50,227 nucleotides of DNA from a virus (lineage: Duplodnaviria > Heunggongvirae > Uroviricota > Caudoviricetes), in the IMG/VR virus record IMGVR_UViG_2529292913_000006. One strand, 5' to 3'. Made by a program: the position numbers and the translations under genes. Below the pieces are notes generated by a model, which saw only the letters and a list, made by a program, of their open reading frames with translations, was not told the DNA's origin and made no database searches. Shown piece after piece: positions 33,339-44,412 of this stretch. Numbering within the stretch: position 1 is the stretch's first letter; every line of letters starts with the position of its first letter.

Positions 33339-34082
33339 ATGACAGAGACAGAATCAGCGATTCTGGCGCACGCCCGGCGATGTGCGCCAGCGGAGTCGTG
33401 CGGCTTCGTGGTGAGAACGCCGGAGGGGGAAAGATATTTTCCCTGCGTGAATATTTCCGGTGAGCCGGAGGATTATTTCCGGATGGCTCCGGAGGACTGG
33501 CTGCAGGCAGAAATGCAGGGTGAGATTGTGGCGCTGGTCCACAGCCACCCCGGTGGTCTGCCCTGGCTGAGTGAGGCCGACCGGCGGCTGCAGGTGCAGA
33601 GTGATTTGCCGTGGTGGCTGGTCTGCCGGGGGACGATTCATAAGTTCCGCTGTGTGCCGCATCTCACCGGGCGGCGCTTTGAGCACGGTGTGACGGACTG
33701 TTACACACTGTTCCGGGATGCTTATCATCTGGCGGGGATTGAGATGCCGGACTTTCATCGTGAGGATGACTGGTGGCGTAACGGCCAGAATCTCTATCTG
33801 GATAATCTGGAGGCGACGGGGCTGTATCAGGTGCCGTTGTCAGCGGCACAGCCGGGCGATGTGCTGCTGTGCTGTTTTGGTTCATCGGTGCCGAATCACG
33901 CCGCAATTTACTGCGGCGACGGCGAGCTGCTGCACCATATTCCTGAACAACTGAGCAAACGAGAGAGGTACACCGACAAATGGCAGCGACGCACACACTC
34001 CCTCTGGCGTCACCGGGCATGGCGCGCATCTGCCTTTACGGGGATTTACAACGATTTGGTCGCCGCATCGACCTTCGTGTGA
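33339..34082 (+). CDS. K: Tail tip assembly protein K (MPN/JAMM plus NlpC/P60 domains)
   Basis: ATG 33339 (MTETESAILAHARRC...); JAMM motif HSHPGG...SEAD; the lambda annotation as recalled starts at the internal Met equivalent to 33483. Confidence 0.8.
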   Translation: MTETESAILAHARRCAPAESCGFVVRTPEGERYFPCVNISGEPEDYFRMAPEDWLQAEMQGEIVALVHSHPGGLPWLSEADRRLQVQSDLPWWLVCRGTIHKFRCVPHLTGRRFEHGVTDCYTLFRDAYHLAGIEMPDFHREDDWWRNGQNLYLDNLEATGLYQVPLSAAQPGDVLLCCFGSSVPNHAAIYCGDGELLHHIPEQLSKRERYTDKWQRRTHSLWRHRAWRASAFTGIYNDLVAASTFV

Positions 34083-34651
34083 AAACGGGGGCTGAAGCCA
34101 TCCGGGCACTGGCCACACAGCTCCCGGCGTTTCGTCAGAAACTGAGCGACGGCTGGTATCAGGTACGGATTGCCGGGCGGGACGTCAGCACGTCCGGGTT
34201 GACGGCGCAGTTACATGAGACTCTGCCTGATGGCGCTGTGATTCATATTGTTCCCAGAGTCGCCGGGGCCAAGTCAGGTGGCGTATTCCAGATTGTCCTG
34301 GGAGCAGCCGCCATTGCCGGATCATTCTTTACTGCCGGAGCCACCCTTGCAGCATGGGGGGCAGCCATTGGGGCCGGTGGTATGACCGGCATCCTGTTTT
34401 CTCTCGGTGCCAGTATGGTGCTCGGTGGTGTGGCGCAGATGCTGGCACCGAAAGCCAGGACGCCCACGGCAGCCAGTACAGATAACGGCAAACAGAACAC
34501 GTATTTCTCGTCACTGGATAACATGGTTGCCCAGGGCAATGTTCTGCCTGTTCTGTACGGGGAAATGCGCGTGGGATCACGTGTGGTTTCTCAGGAGATC
34601 AGCACGGCAGACGAAGGGGATGGTGGTCAGGTTGTGGTGATTGGTCGCTGA
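33980..34651 (+). CDS. I: Tail tip assembly protein I
   Basis: 223 aa overlapping the K 3' end as in lambda. Confidence 0.85.
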   Translation: MAATHTLPLASPGMARICLYGDLQRFGRRIDLRVKTGAEAIRALATQLPAFRQKLSDGWYQVRIAGRDVSTSGLTAQLHETLPDGAVIHIVPRVAGAKSGGVFQIVLGAAAIAGSFFTAGATLAAWGAAIGAGGMTGILFSLGASMVLGGVAQMLAPKARTPTAASTDNGKQNTYFSSLDNMVAQGNVLPVLYGEMRVGSRVVSQEISTADEGDGGQVVVIGR

Positions 34652-34669
34652 TGCAAAACATTTTATGTG

Positions 34670-34692
34670 AAACCGCCTGCGGGCGGTTTTGT
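34670..34692 (+). terminator. Hairpin between I and J
   Basis: AACCGCC-TGCG-GGCGGTT followed by TTTT. Confidence 0.4.
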
Positions 34693-34711
34693 CGTTTATG
34701 GAGCGTGACGA

Positions 34712-37700
34712 ATGGGTAAAGGCAGCAGTAAGGGGCATACCCCGCGCGAAGCAAAGGACAACCTGAAGTCCACGCAGTTGCTGAGTGTGATCGATGCCAT
34801 CAGCGAAGGGCCGATTGAAGGTCCGGTGGATGGATTAAAAAGCGTGCTGCTGAACAGTACACCGGTGCTGGACAGTGAGAGGAATACTAACATCTCCGGT
34901 GTCACGGTGGTGTTCCGGGCAGGTGAGCAGGAACAGACACCGCCGGAGGGATTTGAATCATCAGGTTCCGAGACGGTACTGGGTACGGAAGTGAAATACG
35001 ACACGCCGATCACCCGGACCATCACGTCGGCAAACATTGACCGTCTGCGCTTTACCTTCGGTGTGCAGGCACTGGTGGAAACCACCTCAAAGGGGGACAG
35101 GAATCCGTCGGAAGTCCGCCTGCTGGTTCAGATACAACGTAACGGTGGCTGGGTGACGGAAAAAGACATCACCATTAAGGGCAAAACCACCTCGCAGTAT
35201 CTGGCCTCGGTAGTGGTGGATAATCTGCCGCCGCGCCCGTTCAACATCCGGATGCGCAGGATGACGCCGGACAGCACCACAGACCAGCTGCAGAACAAAA
35301 CGCTCTGGTCGTCATACACCGAAATCATCGATGTGAAACAGTGCTACCCGAACACGGCACTGGTCGGCGTACAGGTGGATTCGGAGCAGTTCGGCAGCCA
35401 GCAGGTGAGCCGTAATTATCATCTTCGCGGGCGTATTCTGCAGGTGCCGTCGAATTATAACCCGCAGACGCGGCAATACAGCGGTATCTGGGACGGAACG
35501 TTTAAACCGGCATACAGCAATAACATGGCCTGGTGTCTGTGGGATATGCTGACCCACCCGCGCTACGGCATGGGTAAACGTCTTGGTGCGGCAGATGTGG
35601 ATAAATGGGCGCTGTATGTCATCGGCCAGTGTTGCGACCAGTCGGTGCCGGACGGTTTTGGCGGCACGGAGCCGCGCATCACCTGTAATGCCTGGCTGAC
35701 CACACAGCGTAAGGCGTGGGATGTTCTCAGTGATTTCTGCTCGGCGATGCGCTGTATGCCGGTATGGAACGGGCAGACGCTGACGTTCGTGCAGGACCGA
35801 CCATCAGATAAGGTGTGGACCTATAACCGCAGTAATGTGGTGATGCCGGATGATGGCGCGCCGTTCCGCTACAGCTTCAGCGCCCTGAAGGACCGCCATA
35901 ATGCCGTTGAGGTGAACTGGATTGACCCGGATAACGGCTGGGAGACGGCGACAGAGCTTGTGGAGGACACGCAGGCCATTGCCCGTTACGGTCGTAACGT
36001 CACGAAGATGGATGCCTTTGGCTGTACCAGCCGGGGGCAGGCACACCGCGCCGGGCTGTGGCTGATTAAAACGGAACTGCTGGAAACGCAGACCGTGGAC
36101 TTCAGCGTGGGTGCCGAAGGGCTTCGCCATGTACCAGGTGATGTCATTGAAATCTGTGATGATGACTATGCGGGGATCAGCACCGGCGGGCGCGTGCTGG
36201 CGGTGAACAGCCAGACCCGGACGCTGACGCTCGACCGTGAAATCACGCTGCCATCCTCCGGTACCACGCTGATAAGCCTGGTTGACGGAAGTGGCAATCC
36301 GGTCAGCGTGGAGGTCCAGTCCGTCACCGACGGCGTGAAGGTAAAAGTGAGCCGTGTTCCTGACGGCGTTGCCGGATACAGCGTGTGGGGGCTGAAGCTG
36401 CCGACGCTGCGCCAGCGCCTGTTCCGCTGCGTGAGTATCCGTGAGAACGATGACGGTACGTATGCCATCACTGCCGTGCAGCATGTACCGGAAAAAGAAG
36501 CCATCGTGGATAACGGGGCGCACTTTGACGGCGACCAGAGCGACACGGTGAATGGTGTCACGCCGCCAGCAGTGCAGCACCTGACTGCCGAAGTCACCGC
36601 AGACAGTGGGGAGTATCAGGTACTGGCCCGCTGGGATACGCCGAAGGTGGTGAAGGGCGTGAGTTTCATGCTTCGCCTGACCGTGGCAGCGGATGACGGC
36701 AGTGAGCGGCTGGTCAGCACAGCCCGGACGGCGGAAACCACATACCGCTTCACACAACTGGCGCTGGGGAACTACAGGCTGACAGTCCGGGCAGTAAATG
36801 CGTGGGGGCAGCAGGGCGATCCGGCATCGGTATCGTTCCGGATTGCCGCACCGGCAGCGCCGTCGCAGATTGAGCTGACACCGGGGTATTTTCAGATAAC
36901 CGCCACGCCGCATCTTGCGGTTTATGATCCGACGGTACAGTTTGAGTTCTGGTTCTCGGAAACGCGGATTACCGATATCAGGCAGGTTGAAACCACAGCC
37001 CGCTACCTTGGCACGGGGCTGTACTGGATAGCCGCCAGTATCAATATCAAACCGGGCCATGATTATTACTTTTATATCCGCAGTGTGAACACCGTTGGCA
37101 AATCGGCATTCGTGGAGGCCGTCGGTCGGGCGAGCGATGATGCGGAAGGTTACCTGGATTTTTTCAAAGGCAAGATAACCGAATCCCATCTCGGTAAAGG
37201 GCTGCTGGAAAAAGTCGACCTGACGGAAGATAACGCCAGCAGACTGGATCAGTTTTCGAAAGAGTGGAAAGACGCCAACGATAAATGGAATGCCATGTGG
37301 GGCGTCAAAATTGAGCAGACCGAAGACGGTAAGCATTATGTCGCGGGACTTGGCCTCAGCATGGAGGATACAGAGGAAGGCAAACTGAGCCAGTTTCTGG
37401 TTGCCGCTAACCGTATCGCGTTTATTGACCCGGCAAACGGGAATGAAACGCCGATGTTTGTGGCGCAGGGCAACCAGATATTCATGAACGAAGTGTTCCT
37501 GAAACGCCTGACGGCCCCCACCATTACCAGTGGTGGAAATCCACCGGTATTTTCCCTGACACCGGACGGAAAGCTGACCGCTAAAAATGCGGATATCAGT
37601 GGCAGTGTGAATGCGAACTCCGGGACGCTCAACAACGTCACGATAAATGAAAACTGTACGATTAAGGGTATGCTGGAGGCGAATCAGGTCAGAGGTGATT

Positions 37701-38125
37701 TTGTTAAAACAGTATCCAAATCATTCCCGAAAAAGGCTGGTACGTGGGGTAACACGGAAACACCAGACGGGACGGTTACAGTCACCATCAGCGATGATCA
37801 TAACTTTGACCGTCAAATCATTATTCCGCCCATTATCTTTAACGGTATAGCGTATGACGATCCGGGAAGTGGTGATAACCCGGGAGGTACAAGGTACACG
37901 GGGTATGGTTTTGAAGTTCGCAAAAACGGCGTATTAATCGCATCCAGAGAAACTAAAGGGGCCATTCCCGGTAGTTACAGTGCGGTTATTGATATGCCGA
38001 GTGGCAGGGGAAGCGTCACTCTGGAGTTTAAGATTTTCCAGAAAGGCAATCAGGGGGCAGGCAATATCACCGACTGTACGGTGATTGTGACCAAAAAGGC
38101 TGCTTCCGGCATCAGTATTCGTTGA
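34712..38125 (+). CDS. J: Central tail fibre / host specificity protein J
   Basis: 1137 aa, lambda J-like over its length. Confidence 0.9.
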   Translation: MGKGSSKGHTPREAKDNLKSTQLLSVIDAISEGPIEGPVDGLKSVLLNSTPVLDSERNTNISGVTVVFRAGEQEQTPPEGFESSGSETVLGTEVKYDTPITRTITSANIDRLRFTFGVQALVETTSKGDRNPSEVRLLVQIQRNGGWVTEKDITIKGKTTSQYLASVVVDNLPPRPFNIRMRRMTPDSTTDQLQNKTLWSSYTEIIDVKQCYPNTALVGVQVDSEQFGSQQVSRNYHLRGRILQVPSNYNPQTRQYSGIWDGTFKPAYSNNMAWCLWDMLTHPRYGMGKRLGAADVDKWALYVIGQCCDQSVPDGFGGTEPRITCNAWLTTQRKAWDVLSDFCSAMRCMPVWNGQTLTFVQDRPSDKVWTYNRSNVVMPDDGAPFRYSFSALKDRHNAVEVNWIDPDNGWETATELVEDTQAIARYGRNVTKMDAFGCTSRGQAHRAGLWLIKTELLETQTVDFSVGAEGLRHVPGDVIEICDDDYAGISTGGRVLAVNSQTRTLTLDREITLPSSGTTLISLVDGSGNPVSVEVQSVTDGVKVKVSRVPDGVAGYSVWGLKLPTLRQRLFRCVSIRENDDGTYAITAVQHVPEKEAIVDNGAHFDGDQSDTVNGVTPPAVQHLTAEVTADSGEYQVLARWDTPKVVKGVSFMLRLTVAADDGSERLVSTARTAETTYRFTQLALGNYRLTVRAVNAWGQQGDPASVSFRIAAPAAPSQIELTPGYFQITATPHLAVYDPTVQFEFWFSETRITDIRQVETTARYLGTGLYWIAASINIKPGHDYYFYIRSVNTVGKSAFVEAVGRASDDAEGYLDFFKGKITESHLGKGLLEKVDLTEDNASRLDQFSKEWKDANDKWNAMWGVKIEQTEDGKHYVAGLGLSMEDTEEGKLSQFLVAANRIAFIDPANGNETPMFVAQGNQIFMNEVFLKRLTAPTITSGGNPPVFSLTPDGKLTAKNADISGSVNANSGTLNNVTINENCTIKGMLEANQVRGDFVKTVSKSFPKKAGTWGNTETPDGTVTVTISDDHNFDRQIIIPPIIFNGIAYDDPGSGDNPGGTRYTGYGFEVRKNGVLIASRETKGAIPGSYSAVIDMPSGRGSVTLEFKIFQKGNQGAGNITDCTVIVTKKAASGISIR

Positions 38126-38195
38126 AATTGTTATAACCCCAATAAAGGGCGTCAGGAATGACGCCTTTTTTATTGCAGAAAAGCGAGAGGTAATT

Positions 38196-38795
38196 ATGCG
38201 TAAAGTTTGTGCAGCCATTTTGTCCGCAGCCATCTGTCTGGTCGTATCCGGTGCGCCTGCATGGGCGTCTGAACATCAGTCCACGCTGAGCGCGGGGTAT
38301 CTTCATGCCTCGACGAACGTTCCCGGCAGCGATGATCTTAACGGGATTAACGTGAAATACCGTTATGAGTTTACGGACACGCTGGGGATGGTGACGTCAT
38401 TCAGCTATGCAGAAGACAAGAATCGCCAGCTGACTCATTACAGCGATACCCGCTGGCATGAAGATTCCGTGCGTAACCGCTGGTTCAGCGTGATGGCGGG
38501 GCCGTCTGTGCGCGTGAATGAATGGTTCAGCGCGTATGCGATGGCGGGTGTGGCTTACAGCCGTATTTCGACTTTCTCCGGGGATTATCTCCGCGTAACT
38601 GACAACAAGGGGAAAACGCACGAAGTGCTGACCGGAAGTGATGACGGTCGCCGCAGCAACACGTCTCTGGCGTGGGGAGCTGGCGTGCAGTTTAACCCGA
38701 CCGAATCCGTGGCCATTGATGTCGCTTATGAAGGCTCCGGCAGTGGTGACTGGCGCACTGACGGGTTCATCGTGGGTGTTGGTTATAAATTCTGA
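38196..38795 (+). CDS. lom: Outer-membrane protein Lom (Ail/OmpX family moron)
   Basis: 199 aa with signal peptide and C-terminal aromatic residue (GVGYKF). Confidence 0.85.
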   Translation: MRKVCAAILSAAICLVVSGAPAWASEHQSTLSAGYLHASTNVPGSDDLNGINVKYRYEFTDTLGMVTSFSYAEDKNRQLTHYSDTRWHEDSVRNRWFSVMAGPSVRVNEWFSAYAMAGVAYSRISTFSGDYLRVTDNKGKTHEVLTGSDDGRRSNTSLAWGAGVQFNPTESVAIDVAYEGSGSGDWRTDGFIVGVGYKF

Positions 38796-38821
38796 TTAGC
38801 CAGGTAACACAGTGTTATGAC

Positions 38822-38850
38822 AGCCCGCCGGTTCAGGCGGGCTTTTTTGT
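38822..38850 (+). terminator. Rho-independent terminator after lom
   Basis: AGCCCGCC-GGTTCA-GGCGGGCT followed by TTTTTTG. Confidence 0.6.
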
Positions 38851-38859
38851 GGGGTGAAT

Positions 38860-41800
38860 ATGGCAGTAAAAATTTCAGGTGTACTGAAAGACGGTGCAGG
38901 TAAACCGGTACAGAACTGCACAATCCAGCTGAAAGCAAAACGTAACAGCACCACGGTGGTGGTGAACACGGTGGCATCTGAAAATCCGGATGAAGCAGGG
39001 CGTTACAGCATGGACGTTGAGTACGGTCAGTACAGCGTTATTCTGTTGGTGGAAGGCTTCCCGCCATCGCATGCCGGGACCATCACCGTGTATGAAGATT
39101 CTCAACCCGGTACGCTGAATGATTTTCTCGGTGCCATGACGGAGGATGATGCCCGTCCGGAGGCACTGCGCCGCTTTGAACTGATGGTGGAAGAGGTGGC
39201 GCGTAACGCGTCCGCAGTGGCACAGGACACGGCAGCCGCGAAGAAGTCAGCCAGCGATGCCGGCACATCAGCCCGTGAGGCGGCAACCCATGCGACTGAT
39301 GCTACAGGCTCAGCACGCGCAGCCAGCACGTCAGCCGGACAGGCCGCGTCGTCGGCTCAGTCAGCGTCTTCCAGCGCAGGAACGGCATCAACAAAGGCTA
39401 CTGAAGCATCAAAAAGTGCTGCCGCTGCAGAGTCCTCAAAAAGCGCGGCGGCCACCAGTGCCGGTGCGGCGAAAACGTCAGAAACGAATGCGGCAGCGTC
39501 ACAACAATCAGCCGCCACTTCTGCATCCACCGCGACCACGAAAGCGTCAGAAGCTGCCACCTCAGCCCGGGATGCGGCGGCCTCAAAAGAGGCAGCGAAA
39601 TCATCAGAAACGAACGCATCATCAAGTGCCAGTAGTGCAGCTTCCTCGGCAACGGCGGCAGGAAATTCCGCGAAGGCCGCAAAAACGTCTGAGACGAATG
39701 CGGATAACAGCGCACAGGCGGCAGCGGCCTCACAAACTGCATCGGCAAACTCCGCGACAGCAGCCAAAAAATCAGAAACCAACGCGAAAAATAGCGAGGC
39801 AGCAGCAAAGAGCAGCGAAACAAACGCTAAAGCCAGCGAAACTAATGCTAAATCCAGTGAAACAAACGCGGCGAAATCTGCGGCGGACGCACTTAATTAT
39901 CGCAACCAGGCGCAAGTAATTGTTGGCGATAATATCGGTCTTGGCTCAGCCCCGCGTGATTGTCCTGATATTTCCGGCAACCCATCAGGGTATATCGGAT
40001 TTATGCGCATTATGAGTAATGCAAAAGGCTTTCCATCGATTGCATCCGGTGAAAGCAGTCTTACGGGGTTTATTAGTCAGGTAGATGGAACACCAGCGTA
40101 TACAGGTGTATTTCAGGGATGGGCTACGCGCTCGCTTTATACTTATCGCTGGAATCCGACAATAGGCCCGCAGTGGACGCGTCACGCAAGAAAAGATGCA
40201 GTGGACAGGCTTACTCAACTAACAGGTAATACACGCGTATATTGTCAAAATGCAAGCAAATTTTTTAGTATCTACGATTCAGGAACATGGGGTTATTACG
40301 ATGCAGAGAATAGCGAATGGATTCCGCTTTCGATCGCGGCCGGAGGTACTGGTGCGGCAACTATTGATGGTGCCAGAACGAATCTTGGCTTAGGTAGGAA
40401 CAACAGCCCTCAACTTAACAGTCTATTTCTTGATAGATATAGTGATTCGACCAATACATACACATCTAGTGGAATTCTCCATACAAGACTGTTAGCAACT
40501 GACAGCACTGTGCGTCTTGGTGCTGATATGTATGTTGAGACTTTATCAAATGAGCCAGGTCAATTAACAATAAGGTTTACATACGATGGTTCAACTGGTG
40601 CTTCAAAATATCTAAACCTTAACTCAGAAGGTAATTTAATTGTAGATAGTGCGATACTGAGATCAACGGTTGAAAAACCTTTACAAATAAGGAGCGCTAA
40701 CCCAGCAATAAGATTTAATGAAACAGATCGCCCGGCTAACACGCCTACTTATACTCTCATTGCTAATGCTGGCGACTGGTTTATTCAGAAACGCGATTAT
40801 GATGATGCCGGAAGCGTTAGTAACGCAATTGCATATAATTTCGCAAACGACAGAATTGATGTGCAAAATCTTAAAGCGTCTGGGTTAATTACAGCTAACT
40901 CAGGAATCGCAACATTAACAGGTCATGACTGGAACTCTCAGCATACTGATAACGTCGACAAATTTAGACCAATCGCAGGCAGTACAAACGGCCCGGCAGG
41001 CTCTATGGTTCTTGGCGGCATTCATGTTCAATTTAGTAAAAATTATGCTGTGCAGTTCGGAGGCCGCAATTCCGGTTTTTGGGGAAGAACAATTGAAAAT
41101 GGAACGACGCAGGAATGGAAGAAATTACTAACAGTAGACGATCTCAATTCATCTACCGATCTTGCTGTCAGGTCATTAACCACATCTAACCCGGTAAAAT
41201 CTGGCGGAGGGCGAATTGATGTCCTTGGAAGCACGTCAGACTATAGCAAAATGGATTGCTTTGTACGTGGGTTTGATAGCACCGGTAATTCTCTCGCGTG
41301 GGCGTTGGGTTCATCAGTCGGCGTAAGTAAGATGCTGTCGCTAAAAAATTTCTTTAGCGGAGCTGAGATACTGCTAAATGGTAATGACGGCGCGGTTCAA
41401 CTCAAAACAGGTGCTGTTAACGGGGCTAAAGCGCAGGCGCTCACTATCAACAAGGATGAGGTTAACTCAACTGTTGATTTAACTCTTACAAAACAAACAG
41501 GGACTGGAAATCGTTTTGTTTTACAGAACTTAGGTAATACAGAACTATCATTTGCCGCAAAAGTATGGGGATCAAGTGATCGACAAAACGTTTTTGAGGT
41601 TGGAACGTCTGCTGCGTATCTGTTTTATGCGCAAAAAACGTCAGCAGGCCAGTTGTTTGATGTAAATGGCGCTATTAATTGCACAACGCTGAATCAGTCA
41701 TCAGACCGCGACCTTAAAGACGATATTCTCGTTATCAGCGACGCGACGAAAGCAATCCGTAAAATGAACGGATACACCTACACGCTCAAGGAAAACGGGA

Positions 41801-42135
41801 TGCCTTATGCTGGCGTTATTGCACAGGAAGTAATGGAGGCGATACCAGAAGCTGTGGGATCGTTTACTCATTATGGTGAAGAGTTGCAAGGTCCGACCGT
41901 TGACGGCAACGAGCTACGCGAAGAAACTCGCTATCTTAATGTTGACTACTCCGCCGTGACGGGTTTACTTGTTCAGGTCGCCCGTGAAACAGATGATCGC
42001 GTTACCGCGCTGGAAGAGGAAAACACAACGCTACGTCAAAATCTGGCAACAGCAGGCACCCGGATCAGCACTCTGGAAAATCAGGTAAGCGAACTGGTTG
42101 CACTTGTCCGGCAGTTAACAGGAAGCGAACATTGA
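38860..42135 (+). CDS. stf: Side tail fibre: lambda Stf N-terminus fused to a distal region ending in an S74-type intramolecular chaperone domain
   Basis: ATG 38860 (MAVKISGVLKDGAGKPVQNCTIQLKAK...); Ala/Ser-rich SETNA repeats at about 39230-39900; C-terminal SDRDLKDDI... coiled-coil tail. Confidence 0.8.
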   Translation: MAVKISGVLKDGAGKPVQNCTIQLKAKRNSTTVVVNTVASENPDEAGRYSMDVEYGQYSVILLVEGFPPSHAGTITVYEDSQPGTLNDFLGAMTEDDARPEALRRFELMVEEVARNASAVAQDTAAAKKSASDAGTSAREAATHATDATGSARAASTSAGQAASSAQSASSSAGTASTKATEASKSAAAAESSKSAAATSAGAAKTSETNAAASQQSAATSASTATTKASEAATSARDAAASKEAAKSSETNASSSASSAASSATAAGNSAKAAKTSETNADNSAQAAAASQTASANSATAAKKSETNAKNSEAAAKSSETNAKASETNAKSSETNAAKSAADALNYRNQAQVIVGDNIGLGSAPRDCPDISGNPSGYIGFMRIMSNAKGFPSIASGESSLTGFISQVDGTPAYTGVFQGWATRSLYTYRWNPTIGPQWTRHARKDAVDRLTQLTGNTRVYCQNASKFFSIYDSGTWGYYDAENSEWIPLSIAAGGTGAATIDGARTNLGLGRNNSPQLNSLFLDRYSDSTNTYTSSGILHTRLLATDSTVRLGADMYVETLSNEPGQLTIRFTYDGSTGASKYLNLNSEGNLIVDSAILRSTVEKPLQIRSANPAIRFNETDRPANTPTYTLIANAGDWFIQKRDYDDAGSVSNAIAYNFANDRIDVQNLKASGLITANSGIATLTGHDWNSQHTDNVDKFRPIAGSTNGPAGSMVLGGIHVQFSKNYAVQFGGRNSGFWGRTIENGTTQEWKKLLTVDDLNSSTDLAVRSLTTSNPVKSGGGRIDVLGSTSDYSKMDCFVRGFDSTGNSLAWALGSSVGVSKMLSLKNFFSGAEILLNGNDGAVQLKTGAVNGAKAQALTINKDEVNSTVDLTLTKQTGTGNRFVLQNLGNTELSFAAKVWGSSDRQNVFEVGTSAAYLFYAQKTSAGQLFDVNGAINCTTLNQSSDRDLKDDILVISDATKAIRKMNGYTYTLKENGMPYAGVIAQEVMEAIPEAVGSFTHYGEELQGPTVDGNELREETRYLNVDYSAVTGLLVQVARETDDRVTALEEENTTLRQNLATAGTRISTLENQVSELVALVRQLTGSEH

Positions 42136-42174
42136 TATCCTTCAAGCCCTGAAGGAGGCTGTTCCTGGTACGTT

Positions 42175-42306
42175 CAGACTGTTGCTGAGCTGGAGATCGC
42201 AACGGAGGAAGAGAAAGCGTTTCTGGCCGCATGGAAAACATATCGGGTATTGCTGAACCGTGTTGATACAGTAAACCCCGTCTGGCCTCCACCTTCGAAG
42301 CGATAG
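42175..42306 (+). pseudogene. tfa: Remnant 3' end of a tail fibre assembly gene
   Basis: Open frame ...[40 protein letters not shown] resembling Tfa C-termini; no start codon or 5' portion. Confidence 0.45.
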
Positions 42307-42610
42307 CCCAGCAACTCCTAAATAGCTGCGCATAATACCGCTACACCTGCCGTTTTACTGACATTTGGAATATTGCGTGAGGGCAACATATCGAGGGGCA
42401 GATACAGCTCGGTCAAATAGAAAAACAGCCCCACTATTTACCATGCAATAGCTGGTCAAAAGGAGAGCACTATTCCGCTCCGCGTAGTATTTTGTGTTTA
42501 TAGTGATAACTTAGGTAATGCTTAGTCACTAAGATACTTTGCTATTGGAGAGCGATTTATAATGTGGGCGCAACAGATTTTTACTATTGCGCCACTTGCT
42601 CTTGTGAGTA

Positions 42611-43699
42611 CTATTCGCTATAAGTTAATGTTGGTTTTGAAAGTCTTTTGGATATTGTTTTTCCGATATTAATGAATGGAGTTTCAATATATTTATAAAT
42701 AAAGAATGATAAGAACAAGCTAAGAGCAATAATGAATGAAAACTTAGAGAACCCAGGTTTTTCATAAAGCGGAATGAAATCCTTAAAATTAATTAAAAAT
42801 AGCATTACTATCGCATGGGATAAATACAGAGAGTAAGAGATATCACCTAGCTTACTGAGTATTTTATTTTCCCTTAATCCGAAGTTAACTTCATAAAGTA
42901 AAACTCCCGTAATTATGGAGGCTGCCCACAATCCGAAGTTTAAAGGGCCATGACCAAATCTGAATTGATAAAAATATGAGCAAACACCAAATGAAACCAA
43001 AAGGAATGATATCGCCTTTGCGTTTTTTATATATTTAAATTTTCTGTGTATTATATACAGAAACATCCCATAAACGAATTCTAACAGCATGGGTGATGAC
43101 ATTAAGTTTAGAAAGCCAATATGCCAATGACCTGTATCACCAATCGTAAACTTACTTGATAGAGAAAGGCTGTTGGAAAATTTCAACTGTATGAGAAGTA
43201 GCGGGACTATCAATGCAATAACTGATATTAATAATCTGTTTTTATGACTCAGCGATATTGCAAGCATAAAAATGAAATAAAAATAGACTTCAAAGGTTAA
43301 TGTCCATGCTGGATAAAGCACGTTGTATCCGAAGAATGGCGCTTCTGAATAATAGTCCAGGTGAAGCAGAAACAATGAACGCAATAATTCACTTTCGGTG
43401 AAGACTGGGTTCAATAAAAAGAATAAGATTGTGCAAATGAAAAATACAGGGTAAATCCTGAAAAAACGCCTGGTCATAAAGTTAATAGGGGAATTTGTTT
43501 CTTTTTTTTGACTCGATAACATTATTATAAATCCACTTATAATAAAAAACAGATCAACCCCAAAACCACCACTAATAAACAATAAATCACCTAGATCTTT
43601 TTGTGCGTAAACTTCATTTAGGTATTGTTTATTGTGATATGCAACAACGAGTAATGCTGCTACACCTCGCAAATAGTGAATTGATTTTACCTTCTTCAT
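42611..43699 (-). CDS. Acyltransferase family 3 integral membrane protein (O-antigen/LPS acetyltransferase-like)
   Basis: 362 aa, about 10 predicted TM segments, conserved N-terminal region (YLRGVAALLVVAYH...FFIISGF); low GC; antisense. Confidence 0.8.
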   Translation of the reverse strand: MKKVKSIHYLRGVAALLVVAYHNKQYLNEVYAQKDLGDLLFISGGFGVDLFFIISGFIIMLSSQKKETNSPINFMTRRFFRIYPVFFICTILFFLLNPVFTESELLRSLFLLHLDYYSEAPFFGYNVLYPAWTLTFEVYFYFIFMLAISLSHKNRLLISVIALIVPLLLIQLKFSNSLSLSSKFTIGDTGHWHIGFLNLMSSPMLLEFVYGMFLYIIHRKFKYIKNAKAISFLLVSFGVCSYFYQFRFGHGPLNFGLWAASIITGVLLYEVNFGLRENKILSKLGDISYSLYLSHAIVMLFLINFKDFIPLYEKPGFSKFSFIIALSLFLSFFIYKYIETPFINIGKTISKRLSKPTLTYSE

Positions 43700-44169
43700 T
43701 TTTATATAATCACTGTTCCAATTTTTTTATTTTACAAACAATTCTATCTAGCTCATTAGTACTCAAAGTCAGATTGGTAGCAATAAAAAAACAAGATATG
43801 TGATGACATGGCGCGGGGCTCAGAACCACTCGTGTATTTTCGCCACTGGCTATGACTGGCTGCACCTGCAAGATCTGCCATTTGTGTGCCAGTATACCCA
43901 AGCTCTGACTTTATGTTTACCAGATCCTCTGGAGTGCCGGGGAGTATAATCGTTGATTAATCGAATCTGCAACTATTTCAGAACGACCTAGGTTAAAGTG
44001 CGCTCTGCAGTCTCTTATATAAGGTGATACTTTAATTGTCTGGAAACTGGACAGGTTAGGAAGGAGCAGGAAACATCTTATTATACTTACCGAGTAGCTG
44101 CGGGTAAGGGGGGGATTTCCGTAGCCTGACAGGTAACATTGACACGTCAACATCGATGGTTTTTTTTAT

Positions 44170-44412
44170 TTTTCCATGTGATGGAGCCCTGGTTGAAATG
44201 AAGCGTGAACTGATTGATGACTGAACAAAAGTTGGACTGGAAGATGCTCGCGCACAGGGAGGAATTGGTGGACGTCGTCCTAAACTTACATCAGAACAAT
44301 GGGCGCAGGCCGGGCGATTAATTGCATCAAAAGTCCCGCGTCAGAAGGTGGCGATCATCTATGATATTGGTGTATCGACTTTGTATAAGAGGTTTCCAGC
44401 CAGGATTATATA
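44170..44412 (+). pseudogene. pin: DNA invertase (Pin/Gin/Hin family) 3' remnant with frameshift
   Basis: Frames encode FFHVMEPWL..., MKRELIDD*, then LEDARAQGGIGGRRPKLTSEQWAQAGRLIASKVPRQKVAIIYDIGVSTLYKRFPAR, matching invertase C-terminal HTH; N-terminal catalytic domain absent. Confidence 0.7.

Noticed and set aside
35804-37336. 510-aa antisense ORF inside J, and similar long antisense ORFs inside H, B, A and the tail fibre (for example 30644-31455, 39357-39823)
   Set aside because: They lie opposite well-supported, lambda-like coding sequences and have Arg/Pro-rich compositions typical of antisense frames in GC-rich genes.
39230-39900. Highly repetitive stretch that could be mistaken for a tandem-repeat or CRISPR-like array
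   Set aside because: It is the in-frame Ala/Ser/Thr-rich SETNA repeat region of the side tail fibre; no direct repeat and spacer architecture.
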